Source: an uncultured Sulfolobales archaeon (GTDB taxonomy: Archaea; Thermoproteota; Thermoprotei_A; Sulfolobales; NBVN01). Taken from it: 64,000 nucleotides of DNA. Of the stretch, positions 1 to 9,925 are shown one piece after another (positions within the stretch are counted from its first letter, which is position 1; the number at the start of each line of letters is the position of its first letter). Location of the stretch: contig CALIKV010000002.1 in assembly GCA_938017505.1 (NCBI GenBank), forward strand, positions 12,742 to 76,741, given 5' to 3'. A program made the position numbers and the translations under genes. The notes below the pieces were generated by a model. The model was not told the DNA's origin and searched no databases. It worked only from the letters and a program-made list of their open reading frames with translations.

Positions 1-224
1 CAGCACGACACGCAGATAGACTAAGATATCTGGTGAAGGGTGTCGTCGACGTAGTCCTGGCGGAGAAGGCCGATATCGAGTTGATAGGGGGTGGCGGTGT
101 GATAGCCTCAAGCGATTATGTGGTAGTGAGTAGGGTGTCTAAGGTGTTTGATCTGGCCGGGTACATCGTGAAGACCTCCTACAAAGACAGGTTAGTGGAT
201 TTAGCCTCGCTCATCGAGACCTAA
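1..224 (+). CDS. 3' end of a hypothetical protein running in from outside the window
   Basis: The frame of ORF 33..224 is open back to position 3 (ARHADRLRYL...); no motif recognised. Confidence 0.55.
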   Translation, partial: ARHADRLRYLVKGVVDVVLAEKADIELIGGGGVIASSDYVVVSRVSKVFDLAGYIVKTSYKDRLVDLASLIET

Positions 225-320
225 ACACGTGCGTGTAAGTCTAAGGCTTAGAGGCTGACTATTCCCAGGACTAAGAGCTTAAGTGTTTTACCCTGAAGGC
301 GAGACTCCGGATCTAGTTCA

Positions 321-580
321 TTAAACCGGCGCTATTTCGTCCTCGTCTATAAAACGCTCGTACCATTTTCAAACTCGTTTCTAGGTCACTACATCGTACC
401 TTTCCTCAAGGTTATCTACAGCTACTAGTATGTCTATGTCGCCGGCTCCGGTGAATCTGTCCTCCATCACCGAGCCGAAGACGTATACGTCGGCTGTGGG
501 CTTGAGTCTCAGAACAACCTCCTTAACCCTCCTCGCGACGTCTATCCAGTCCTCTAACTCCTGAGTATCAACCTTAACGT
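321..580 (-). pseudogene. Minimal nucleotidyltransferase (MNT) pseudogene
   Basis: VYVFGSV...GAGDIDILV MNT motif, then two in-frame stops before the typical KWYERFIDEDEIAPV tail; 5' boundary approximate. Confidence 0.7.
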
Positions 581-926
581 CAACCCCTCGAGGACGCTGC
601 AGAAGCCGACTACAGTGTTTGTGCCTAGTGTCTCGTGTTTCCCTCGTTTTATTACGTTTTTCGTCATACAACCACCGTAAACAATACACAACCCAGGGAA
701 TACGGACGTCTACCACCCTAAAGCATCTGTCGAGAACAAAAACGTTAACGTCGTGTCCACCGCTCTATCCGTAAATACAAGCTTACGACCCAACATGATC
801 ATGATGATATAAAGAAAGCGTTCAAATATTTTGCTAAGCATTCACGTCGCGATTCTATGATTAGTGAGCTGTTAAACGTTAAAGCCCAGAAACAACATTT
901 ATAGGTGTAGAGCGTGTCATATATGG

Positions 927-1004
927 GGGCCCGTAGCTCAGCTAGGATAGAGCGCCGGCCTTCTAAGCCGGAGGTCCCGGGTTCAAATCCCGGCGGGCCC
1001 GCCA
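927..1004 (+). tRNA. tRNA-Arg(TCT), CCA encoded
   Basis: Cloverleaf GGGCCCG...CGGGCCC-G-CCA; anticodon arm CCGGC-CT-TCT-AA-GCCGG; GTTCAAATC T-loop. Confidence 0.97.
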
Positions 1005-1720
1005 ATTTTTAAGCGAATCCTCGTCTTTAATTGACGGGGTACGAAGGCTGGGTGTGCTCATCTGCTTGTTGGTGCGGACGTCAAGCGCCGGTTTGGTAAT
1101 CCAGTGGCTAGATCTGTTGTGACCACTACCTTTATCCCAGGACTTTGGGTCTTTACTGCGATCTCAACGGGACAGCTCTTACGAAGAGCTTCGCAGATGG
1201 TTCGTGGAAGAGTATTAAAGGAATACCTGGTCAACTTGCTCGGCCACGATAGGGGAGGATGTAGAACATCTTCACAACGAGCTGACGACATTAGTCAACT
1301 CATGTACTGAAAGGACTGGGACTGAAAGAGCCACCAACTTAAAAGTTGCAGGAGCCTTTAATTTTTCCATTAACAGCACACGCTCCAGATCTTCACCTAC
1401 CGAAATCTTAGCAAATTGCATCTTCTGAGTTATCAACAAGGCCTCTCGTCTCACATCTTGGGATAAAGATCGCAGAGCTAAGAAACGTATGGGTTCTGGG
1501 CCTCGTAGTCTTCGAGGTCCTCATCAATCCCCGTCAGGTCGACCCCTCCCCACCCCTTCACTAGCTGGAGTAAGTCCATCCACCTGAAGGGTGGGCTCGT
1601 GGAGGCTCTTTCGAGGCGTTAACCATCCCGCATTCGGGCACTAAGCCTTCCCACCGTGGGACCACTGACAACGGCACTTATGTAACTAGAAGATTAATTC
1701 ACAGTAGATTGGAACCAATC

Positions 1721-2469
1721 ATGAAGGGCAACGAAATGAAGAAACGTCTAGATTTAAAAAGCAGGAAGGAAAAAAGATAAAGAAGGGTTAACATGGGAAA
1801 TGAGAGGGGGGTTGGGAAAGGCCCTCAATTCTTACGAACGCCTTCTGAGAGAATTGGACGCTCTCTCCAGCCGACCAACATGAGGACTACGAAAAGAACG
1901 CGATTATTGCTTATTTGCTTATGAGGAAAGCAGGGATCTTGCTACAAACTGGGAAAATAGAGTTAGGTGAGACGCTGATGAATCAGGCTTTAGAGCACGC
2001 TGAACAATCAAGGGATCCTTTGATTATTGCCCGCGCTAAACTTGGACTCGGCGTTTTCCATGGCTCCACGGGCAGGTTTAAAGAGGGAGAGAAACCACTG
2101 AAAGAAGCCCTATCATCCTTCAACCAGAGTACAGATTATGATTACAGACAAGGAGCAGGCTGGGCGCTTCTTAATCTCGGCGCATTATACGGAAAGCAAG
2201 AAAAACGGGCTTTGGCTAACGAAAAACTCGACGAAGCTATTGAATTGTTGAAGACCATCCAGAACTGGATAGGAGTTGCGACAGCTTTTGAATTGAAAGC
2301 CAGGTTTAATACTGTTAAAGGCGACCTTGCCTTAGCGAAAGGGAATATGTTGAACGCGGTTTTATTTTTCGAGGAGCAAGGAATGAAAGAAAAGGCCGAT
2401 TCCTTGAGGAACCGCATTAAGCACTTAGTTAAATATGGACACCCCGAAATAAAAATTCCAGGGATTTAA
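1721..2469 (+). pseudogene. TPR-repeat protein, apparently frameshifted at the 5' end (intact part 1915..2469)
   Basis: TPR-like helical repeats (ARAKLGLGVFH, WALLNLGALY); coding-like upstream segments in other frames (KALNSYERLLRELDAL; LSPADQHEDYEKNAIIAY); A-rich composition. Confidence 0.6.
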
Positions 2470-2508
2470 GCTTTTCCCGCTGTACTGTTGTGTTCGTGAT
2501 TAGTAACA

Positions 2509-2532
2509 AACCGCCGTACAGTATAGGCGGTT
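2509..2532. terminator. Hairpin AACCGCC-N10-GGCGGTT downstream of the TPR gene
   Basis: Perfect 7-bp inverted repeat between convergent genes; terminator role inferred. Confidence 0.3.
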
Positions 2533-2630
2533 GGCAGGTCTGCAATCATCATTCCGAATGCTTACTTATACCTTAAACCCTGAAGTGCGTAATGCGGATT
2601 CTCGACGTCAGACACGATAACTATAATGAA

Positions 2631-3434
2631 TCAGGTCTCTAGATCATCTAATTCACCGATCACGTACTTAAGCACTATGTGGGGAGGTGGCGTTTCAATG
2701 CCAGCCTCTTCTCTGAAGTACCTTATTATGTTGCTTATATCTCTTTCAAGGAATTCCATCGCGTTAGGGTGTGTGGCGTGGACTGCTTGACTAACGTCTA
2801 TCAAGTAGTGCTTTTTATACCAAATCATCACGTTATACTCGCTCAGATCGGCGTGGACGAGTCTTGCCTTAACGTACGCTTTGCGTAGGTCCTCTACGAT
2901 CATGTGAAACACGCTTACGTACTCGCTATGAGTCAACGTTGCCTCCTTCAAGAGCGGTGCCCTGACTCCATCACTGCCGATGAACTCCATGACGAGCACG
3001 TTCTCGAACTGAGTTATCGGTTTAGGGACCGAGACGCCAGCCTTACGTAGCTCCGCGTAATTGCTGAACTCCTTCCTAGCCCAAAGAACGACTAACTTCC
3101 TCGTTGACTTGGGAATGCTTCTGTCGAACCTGTGATCCCCGGCGATGTATTTAACCATGCCCTTCCTGAACTCGGTTGATGAAGTGAGGTATATCTTAAC
3201 GGCTAGATCACAGTTCCCCTTACCCCTACCCCAGTACACTCTAGACTCCTTTCCAGCGCTAACTACGCCCATGAGCCTAGATATAACCCCTCTCCTCATT
3301 AGTTTGAGTATCGCCTGGACAGTCGCCCTGTCGAAGACCTCCTCAACGGTCTCGAAGAGGTCCTCATCCTTTACCCTGCGTTCTCTGTCCTTAGCTCTGT
3401 AAATAGCGTCTATCGCTGAGTCCTCCGACTTCAT
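2631..3434 (-). CDS. rio1: RIO1 family serine/threonine kinase
   Basis: SAGKESRVY, AVKIY, HADLSEYN and IDVSQA motifs; next to aIF-1A. Confidence 0.93.
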   Translation of the reverse strand: MKSEDSAIDAIYRAKDRERRVKDEDLFETVEEVFDRATVQAILKLMRRGVISRLMGVVSAGKESRVYWGRGKGNCDLAVKIYLTSSTEFRKGMVKYIAGDHRFDRSIPKSTRKLVVLWARKEFSNYAELRKAGVSVPKPITQFENVLVMEFIGSDGVRAPLLKEATLTHSEYVSVFHMIVEDLRKAYVKARLVHADLSEYNVMIWYKKHYLIDVSQAVHATHPNAMEFLERDISNIIRYFREEAGIETPPPHIVLKYVIGELDDLET

Positions 3435-3440
3435 CGGGGA

Positions 3441-3770
3441 TCACAATTCACCCGCGCTCTCGACGAGTGATGGATCTAGGAACCCGCCCTCAACCAGTTT
3501 CTTCCTATCATCTCTGCTGTACTTGTAAAGAACGTCACCCCTGCTCTCGTCGAACTCCCACTTACCCACTAAAACAACGTCTTTAACATTTATCCACACC
3601 TTATGCCTGAGCTTACCAGGTATCCTCAGCTTACGTTCCTTCCCATCCATGCACATGGCCTTCACGTAATTCCCTCCCATAGGTTCAGTGACCACGCATA
3701 CAACAGTCCCCTCGTCGGGGCTGGGATATGGGGTCTCGGATATCTCTTCGGCTTTCTTCCTCCCCAACAC
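3441..3770 (-). CDS. eif1a: Translation initiation factor aIF-1A
   Basis: CMDGKERKLRIPGKLRHKVWI...GDVLYKY. Confidence 0.93.
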   Translation of the reverse strand: MLGRKKAEEISETPYPSPDEGTVVCVVTEPMGGNYVKAMCMDGKERKLRIPGKLRHKVWINVKDVVLVGKWEFDESRGDVLYKYSRDDRKKLVEGGFLDPSLVESAGEL

Positions 3771-3771
3771 A

Positions 3772-4806
3772 TCACCTAATTTTGATGTACCTCACGTCCT
3801 TATAAGTTAGCGCTGAAACCCTATCCCCGGCTTTGAGAGGTCTCGCGGTCTCCCATTTAGCTGTGGTGCCGTCCTCACAAACCATCACAGCCTCCCTACC
3901 GAGCGCCTCAGTAACTAAGCACTCAGTGGTTACGTAGTCATCCCTGCTGAGCTGTCTGAATCCATCCTTAACTAGGGACTTAATGCTTAGGTTCAGGAGC
4001 TTGCCGTCGCTTAACCGTCTCACGGTAACCCTCTCCTCCTTCACGTTGAGGACCTCGAGGAGCACGCCTCTCGAGTCTATTAAGTCACCGGACGTGAAGA
4101 CGGGGATTCTCAGGACTACGAAGAGCTTGCTGTGCCTCTTGCCCTTAACTAGCCCGTGTAGCTTCCACGACTCAGTTAGGTAACCGCCGAGCGAGTTCCG
4201 TAAATGCATAGCTGCCTGCCTAGCGACGGAAGCAATGCTGAACTTCACGTCAATCCCTTCTTGAAGTTCCTCGTAATCCGTTATGCTCCCGCTTATCTCC
4301 CTGTCGCTCGTCAGCGTCCGGACTACTTCATTAGTTAGTTCTCGTGAAGGACTTCCTGCAAAGCGTACTTGAAGCACTGCGTTGTAGTCCTTGACCTTGA
4401 CGCCTAAGCATTTAGGACATAGCCTGTTAATGACCTCATACCGGATAACGACCCGTTGCTCCGCTGAACGCCCTTTAAAGCAGGACTTAACGAGCAGCTC
4501 AGCCTCGCCCTTATGAATACCTAGAACCTCTACGTCAATCTCCGTCAGGTTAGGGCTTACGACGGGTTTCTTAAGAGCTCTTAAGTAGTGTTGTAACGCG
4601 TCTCTCACACCACCTGAGAAATGGAGCCAAGTCCCTTTCAAATAGATCGACCCACAGGCGGGACACCTAGTTAAGGCGACTCTATCAGGTAGCCTTACTA
4701 AAGACCTCTCCTTAAGGAAGCACTCCAGGCATAGACCCTCAATCAGCGGGTTCTCAAGAGTCTCCGGCTTCCCGCATCTCAGACAGAATCTCCCTGAGAG
4801 ACTCAT
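3772..4806 (-). CDS. nmd3: NMD3 family ribosome biogenesis protein
   Basis: Four CxxC pairs (CLRC, CLEC, CPAC, CPKC), YNAVLQVR; conserved gene context. Confidence 0.85.
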   Translation of the reverse strand: MSLSGRFCLRCGKPETLENPLIEGLCLECFLKERSLVRLPDRVALTRCPACGSIYLKGTWLHFSGGVRDALQHYLRALKKPVVSPNLTEIDVEVLGIHKGEAELLVKSCFKGRSAEQRVVIRYEVINRLCPKCLGVKVKDYNAVLQVRFAGSPSRELTNEVVRTLTSDREISGSITDYEELQEGIDVKFSIASVARQAAMHLRNSLGGYLTESWKLHGLVKGKRHSKLFVVLRIPVFTSGDLIDSRGVLLEVLNVKEERVTVRRLSDGKLLNLSIKSLVKDGFRQLSRDDYVTTECLVTEALGREAVMVCEDGTTAKWETARPLKAGDRVSALTYKDVRYIKIR

Positions 4807-5108
4807 AGCCTCACTACCTGCGCGTATGGAACCCCGCTAACCTTGAGAACCGCCTCAGGATGGATTAAGCCCTCGCCAATAGCTCTCTCGACGGACGCGG
4901 TACCGACGAAAACAACTACTGACGCGTTTCTAGCGTAGTGCATGGCTTCCTCCAGGGTCGCTGGGAAACCACCGAAGAACTCCTCGTTCACCACTAACGT
5001 TACATCCCCTTCCCGTAGGGTCTTACCAAGCAACTCCCTGTCACATACGACCACGACCTCCCTGAACTCCAGGGAGATCTCATCAGCCTTGTGCACCCTC
5101 ACATACAC
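4803..5108 (-). CDS. DUF424 family protein
   Basis: VVVCDRELLGK, VNEEFFGG, GVPYAQ; GTG start at 5108 preferred over the track start 5165. Confidence 0.8.
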   Translation of the reverse strand: MYVRVHKADEISLEFREVVVVCDRELLGKTLREGDVTLVVNEEFFGGFPATLEEAMHYARNASVVVFVGTASVERAIGEGLIHPEAVLKVSGVPYAQVVRL

Positions 5109-5133
5109 AGGAGTCTCAGCCAGTAAACCCACC

Positions 5134-5562
5134 TCAGACGGGTTTGACAGGGGCCTCGGCACCACAAGCTAGGCACCTGATAACCCATAAATGCCCCTGC
5201 TTCCTGAGCTCCGTCTGGTAAGACCCGCAAGTCTTACATATCACGTAATTGTCAAGGAACCTCTTGAAGAGAGTGTTTATGGTCTGTGAAGAGACCTTTG
5301 AGTATATGGTGAAGACCCCTGAGTCATCTATCGTGCCCCTAGCCGCTAACTCCTTTAGGAGATACCTAGCGCAGACCCTAGGCTCCCTCATTATAACTTC
5401 ACAGACTGTCTTGAAGTTCTTGATCTGCGTCTGAAGCCCCACGTGAGCGATCTCGAGCGGGGGTATGTCCAGGCTCACGACCTGACCTCTCCTCTCGGGC
5501 AACTTCTCATAGAGCTCCCTCAACAACTGCTCGTACGGCGGTAACCAGCCCACTCGCAACAC
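5134..5562 (-). CDS. eif2b: Translation initiation factor aIF-2 beta subunit
   Basis: YEQLL N-terminus, YLLKELA, C-terminal CKTC...CLACGA zinc ribbon. Confidence 0.92.
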   Translation of the reverse strand: MLRVGWLPPYEQLLRELYEKLPERRGQVVSLDIPPLEIAHVGLQTQIKNFKTVCEVIMREPRVCARYLLKELAARGTIDDSGVFTIYSKVSSQTINTLFKRFLDNYVICKTCGSYQTELRKQGHLWVIRCLACGAEAPVKPV

Positions 5563-5634
5563 CCTTTAATAGAGGGCATCAAGACTTTTAAGTTGAGCAG
5601 TTAATTCGTGTTGATGAGGGGTTAAGTTCCTAGG

Positions 5635-6921
5635 ATGAAGGTCTACATAGAGACGTACGGGTGTGCGTTAAACAACGCCGACACTGCCTTGATGAAGCGA
5701 GTCTTAGTGAGTAGAGGGCATGAGATATCAAGTCACGTCAACGACGCGGACGCTATAGTCATCAACACGTGTACCGTGAGGCTAGATACGGAGCAGAGAA
5801 TCGTTAAGAGGCTTAATCAACTCAAGACTCTGGTGGGTAGGAAGGTTAAATTGATTGTAGCTGGGTGTATGGCTGCTGCCCAACCCTACACGATATCAAA
5901 GGTAGTCCCGGAGGCTTCATTGATCTCGCCCCAGAACGTCATGAAGATCCACGAGGCAGTTGAGGCCCCTGGAAGGGTGATTCTATTGAGGGGGGAGAGA
6001 GATGTTACCCAACTGAGTCCCCTGATCGAGGGGCTTGCGGCTACAGTTCCTATAGCCGAGGGTTGCTTAGGTGACTGCGCGTTCTGCATAACTAAAATAG
6101 CTAGGCGGAGGCTGAAGTCGTACAGTCCCGACCTCATAGTGAGGGTGGTCGAGGAAGCGGTGAGCAACGGGGTTCTCGAGCTGGATCTCACAGCGCAGGA
6201 CACCGCCTCGTACGGGGTTGATTTAAGTAACGTCAGGCTACATAACCTACTAGAAATGATCACCGAGAGAGTGAAGGGCGACTACATGATTAGGGTTGGT
6301 ATGGCGAACCCGGACAGCTTAATGCCCATACTTGACGAGTTCATTGAAGTCGTGAAGCACCCCAACACCTTTAAGTACGTCCACATCCCCTTACAGTCCG
6401 GGAGTGACAAGGTCTTAAGGCTGATGAGGAGGAGATACACCTACGACCAATATAGGTCCATGGTCCTTGAGATCAGGAGGAAAATACCAGAGGTACAGGT
6501 AGCCACAGATATAATAGTAGGGCACCCGGGCGAAGACCAGGAGGACTTCGAACTAACCCTGAAGGCGCTAGAGGATCTAATGCCTGATAAAGTTCACGTA
6601 GCGCAGTACACGATAAGGCCCCGCACGGAGGCCGCCTCCATGGATCAGATTTCAGACTCTGTTAAGAAGTGCAGGAGCTTAGAGATAAACAAGCTTGTCG
6701 ATAAGATAGGTACAGCTATAAACTCGACGTATGAAGGCTCGAAGGCCTGGGTCCTCGTCACAGGCAGGTCGTTCAGAGGCTCGCCAATAGGCAGGACTAT
6801 CAACTACAAGCCAGTAGTGATTAGGGGTCTCGACGCTGTAGGGGTGAAGGGTTACGTTAGGATCAAAGAATACACGTTCTACGATCTCAGGGGCGATTGG
6901 TTAGGGGTTCGGACTTCGTAG
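5635..6921 (+). CDS. tRNA methylthiotransferase (MtaB/MiaB-like radical SAM enzyme)
   Basis: ETYGC, NTC and AGC of the UPF0004 domain; CLGDCAFC radical SAM motif; C-terminal TRAM-like region. Confidence 0.92.
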   Translation: MKVYIETYGCALNNADTALMKRVLVSRGHEISSHVNDADAIVINTCTVRLDTEQRIVKRLNQLKTLVGRKVKLIVAGCMAAAQPYTISKVVPEASLISPQNVMKIHEAVEAPGRVILLRGERDVTQLSPLIEGLAATVPIAEGCLGDCAFCITKIARRRLKSYSPDLIVRVVEEAVSNGVLELDLTAQDTASYGVDLSNVRLHNLLEMITERVKGDYMIRVGMANPDSLMPILDEFIEVVKHPNTFKYVHIPLQSGSDKVLRLMRRRYTYDQYRSMVLEIRRKIPEVQVATDIIVGHPGEDQEDFELTLKALEDLMPDKVHVAQYTIRPRTEAASMDQISDSVKKCRSLEINKLVDKIGTAINSTYEGSKAWVLVTGRSFRGSPIGRTINYKPVVIRGLDAVGVKGYVRIKEYTFYDLRGDWLGVRTS

Positions 6922-7071
6922 GTCTTGGTGTCAGGTCGTCGTCTTCACCCTCAACACGCCCTTCGGAGTGCTGGCCTCCTCAAGCAAGTGGGGGTCTTAT
7001 CAAGCCTCTAAGATCGGTGTTTCAGTAGGGTCGGGCAAGCCGTTAAACGCGTGCTGAAGTAGGATGTAGGG

Positions 7072-7428
7072 CTACCTGGGCTTACCTTCCCGCTCCTCCC
7101 TAATCCTCCGCTCGTAGTAGTTCTTCAATTCCTCGTCACTCACCCTATACTCGTCAGCGAGAACCCTTCTTGCCCCTCTGTTCTTCAGGAAGTAGTGGAT
7201 TGAGTAACTACATATAGGGACTATCTTGAGGTTTCTTTCCTCGGCGTCCATGATCGCCGCCTCAACTAACTTAGCCCCGTACCCTTTTCCTCTGTGCTGT
7301 TCCGGCGTGAAAGTCTCCAGCAGGTAGAGTCTTCCCCCCTCCTCCTTGAACGAGAGCCATGCCTTAGACCCGTCGTTAAACTCAATCAGATAAACACGGC
7401 CCCTCCTCACTACCTGAACGTCAACCAC
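7072..7428 (-). CDS. GNAT family acetyltransferase (YjdJ-like)
   Basis: TFTPEQHRGKGYGAKLV, IVPICSY. Confidence 0.85.
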   Translation of the reverse strand: MVDVQVVRRGRVYLIEFNDGSKAWLSFKEEGGRLYLLETFTPEQHRGKGYGAKLVEAAIMDAEERNLKIVPICSYSIHYFLKNRGARRVLADEYRVSDEELKNYYERRIREEREGKPR

Positions 7429-7758
7429 GATGCAATCCCCTCAAGTATCTACGTTTTACGCCTTAATAATCACAGTGAAGAGAAGTTCTAGTCACTCCCT
7501 CGTCTTAGGGTTAAGTCCCATCGATACAGGCTCGTGTCTGACGTCATTACCTCACTTTATCCCCATGCATCTGGCTTGAGGGCTTCCAGAATGACTTTAG
7601 GCATCCCACATCTTGAGTCGCCTCGGGAATGGTTAGGGGCCCTCCATCATCATCGGGCAGCTTCTTCAAGCACGTATACCGAGAGAACGTATGAATCCGA
7701 CGACATATGAGGTGAATCACAGTGGTCCTATATTGATTGAATTCATGCCGCCGCGCTT

Positions 7759-8361
7759 TCAGTATTTGAGGTCTTTCCTCCAGTACTCGGTTATCCTCTT
7801 GCGTTTCAACTCGCGAGCCTTCCTGGTGAGGAACCTGTAGACCGTTGAGTGCTCCCTCCCCTGGACGAGCATTTCAATAGCCTCCCTGGCCAGGTAGGCT
7901 CCCTCGTAATCCCCTATAATGCCAACTATATCGTCATACACGCTTACGTACGTCCCTGTCAACTGTTCTATGTTGGTTCGAACCTTGCCGTCCTCGCCTA
8001 TTATCCTGGATTTAACCCTGTGAAGGCGGTTAAGCGTATCTCCCACGGAGCTCTTCAGGTCAATCAAGATTAGGATGCTGTCGCCTTCGAGCAGCCTTCC
8101 AGCCCTCTCCGGGCTGAACCCCGCGTTAACGGCCTTAATGAAGTCTGAGGCCCTCAGTAACATGTCGACCGGGGTTCCCGGCGTTGCAGCCTCTATAACC
8201 ACATTACCATTCACACTGTCAATCGCAATTAGGGTTTGAGTTCTGTTCTCCAGCTCCCTTAAACACCTCCCCCCCTCACCTATAAGAACCCCGAGTCTCT
8301 CAGGCCTAACGCTTAAGTAGATTCTAGTCAGTCCTTGCGACGCCTTCACCAATTCGCCCAT
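7759..8361 (-). CDS. KH-domain rRNA processing protein (Dim2/Krr1 family)
   Basis: Two KH GxxG loops (LIGEGG, IIGEDG), GFSPERA, GREHSTVY. Confidence 0.9.
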   Translation of the reverse strand: MGELVKASQGLTRIYLSVRPERLGVLIGEGGRCLRELENRTQTLIAIDSVNGNVVIEAATPGTPVDMLLRASDFIKAVNAGFSPERAGRLLEGDSILILIDLKSSVGDTLNRLHRVKSRIIGEDGKVRTNIEQLTGTYVSVYDDIVGIIGDYEGAYLAREAIEMLVQGREHSTVYRFLTRKARELKRKRITEYWRKDLKY

Positions 8362-8753
8362 GTCAAACCCCCCACGTTAGGAATGAGCGATCCGACGTGC
8401 TCGATCATTCATCACCTGAATCTATAGATGTGAGGGGACTTAAAACCTCAGTCAACGTAAGTGGCTTAAGAGCGTCTCTTCAACCTTCCCGCCACATACA
8501 CCCTGCCACGCCCCAGATAATGTAAGCTCCGCTCCGTTGGACTTGAGGGGTCTTCACGAAGCCGACGTGGAGTATTTCGCAACTGTAGTGAAGCTCCGGA
8601 AACGGCTAATGAATTTCATTTCGATGAACTTAAATTTAACTTTAAAATATTCTGTTAAACACCTCTGTGATTGACTCTGCTTACGATCCTCACGTGACGT
8701 GGGCTTTAAAGTTTATAAGCTGGGTAGCGGTTTCTCACATGCGGCGATAACTT

Positions 8754-9770
8754 ATGAAGGCCGCTTTGCTTCGTAAGATCGGCGAGCCGTTAAGCATTAA
8801 GGAGGTTCCAGACCCTAAACCTGGTTACGGCGAGGTTCTCATAAGAGTTAAGGCTGTCGGGGTGTGTCACTCAGACCTGGAGATAATAGATGGCAAGATC
8901 CCGTTGCCTAAGCCGTTGCCGCACATCCTGGGTCACGAGATCGCCGGCGTTGTAGAGGGGGTTGGTGAGGGCGTCGGTAAGGACGTTAATGTGGGGGATA
9001 GGGTTGCCCTCTCCTGGCTCTGGTGGACCTGCGGTAAGTGCAGGTTCTGCCTGAGCGGTCGCGAGAACATATGTCCCAACCAGAAGAACACTGGTTACAG
9101 CGTCGACGGCGGCTATGCTGAGTTAGTTAAGGCTCCGGCAACCCACGTCCTAAGGATACCTGATAACGTCCCTTACCCTGAGGCGACGTCGGCCACGGAC
9201 GCCGTGGCAACTCCCTTCAGGGCCCTGACGTTCGCCGCTAGAGTGTTGCCTGGGGATCTTGTGGCGGTCTTCGGCATAGGAGGCTTAGGGTTGAACGCTG
9301 TCCAGATAGCTAAGGTGCTAGGCGCTAAGGTCGCTGCGGTAGATATACTTGACGAGAAACTCGCGCTTGCGAGGGAGTTCGGCGCGGACTACTTAATAAA
9401 CTCAACAAAGGAGGATCCGGTTAAGTACCTCAGGGAGCTCGGTGGGGTTGATGTCGCGTTAACAACCGTGGAATCGCTTAAAGCGATGAGACAGGCGTAC
9501 GACTCATTGGCCTCAGGCGCCACACTGGTCTTGATAGGGCTACCAACAGGCGAGTTATCGCTTCCCGTGATTGAATGGATCCTTAAGGACGTAAAGGTGG
9601 TTGGTAATATAGGGTTCACCAGACAGGACATAAACCAGAGCTTCAAATTAGTATCTGACGGTAAGGTGAAGCCTAGAGCGCAGACGTATAAATTTGAGGA
9701 CGTTAACAAGGCTATCAAGGACCTCAGAGAGGGCAGGGTGCCTGGAAGGGCTGTGCTGGTGTTCCCGTAA
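8754..9770 (+). CDS. Zn-dependent medium-chain alcohol dehydrogenase (possibly butanediol/acetoin-related)
   Basis: GVCHSD, GHE, CGKCRFC..C structural Zn site, GIGGLG. Confidence 0.92.
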   Translation: MKAALLRKIGEPLSIKEVPDPKPGYGEVLIRVKAVGVCHSDLEIIDGKIPLPKPLPHILGHEIAGVVEGVGEGVGKDVNVGDRVALSWLWWTCGKCRFCLSGRENICPNQKNTGYSVDGGYAELVKAPATHVLRIPDNVPYPEATSATDAVATPFRALTFAARVLPGDLVAVFGIGGLGLNAVQIAKVLGAKVAAVDILDEKLALAREFGADYLINSTKEDPVKYLRELGGVDVALTTVESLKAMRQAYDSLASGATLVLIGLPTGELSLPVIEWILKDVKVVGNIGFTRQDINQSFKLVSDGKVKPRAQTYKFEDVNKAIKDLREGRVPGRAVLVFP

Positions 9771-9925
9771 CTTGAATGCGTTTTTAAAGTAAAATCGTCT
9801 AACATTCCCCTTCGCTAATTACATTAAGTGGGGACTGAACTGCGTTGACCGCATAAATAATTTCGTGGCTCCATGAACGCTTAAAAATTTATATAGCTTT
9901 AAACCCCCTATCTCTCGGGGGTAAC

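Noticed and set aside
799..1005. 68-aa ORF MAGPPGFEPGTSG...
   Set aside because: Antisense translation of tRNA-Arg
1058..1454. Three short overlapping ORFs
   Set aside because: No recognisable motif; treated only as part of the eroded islet
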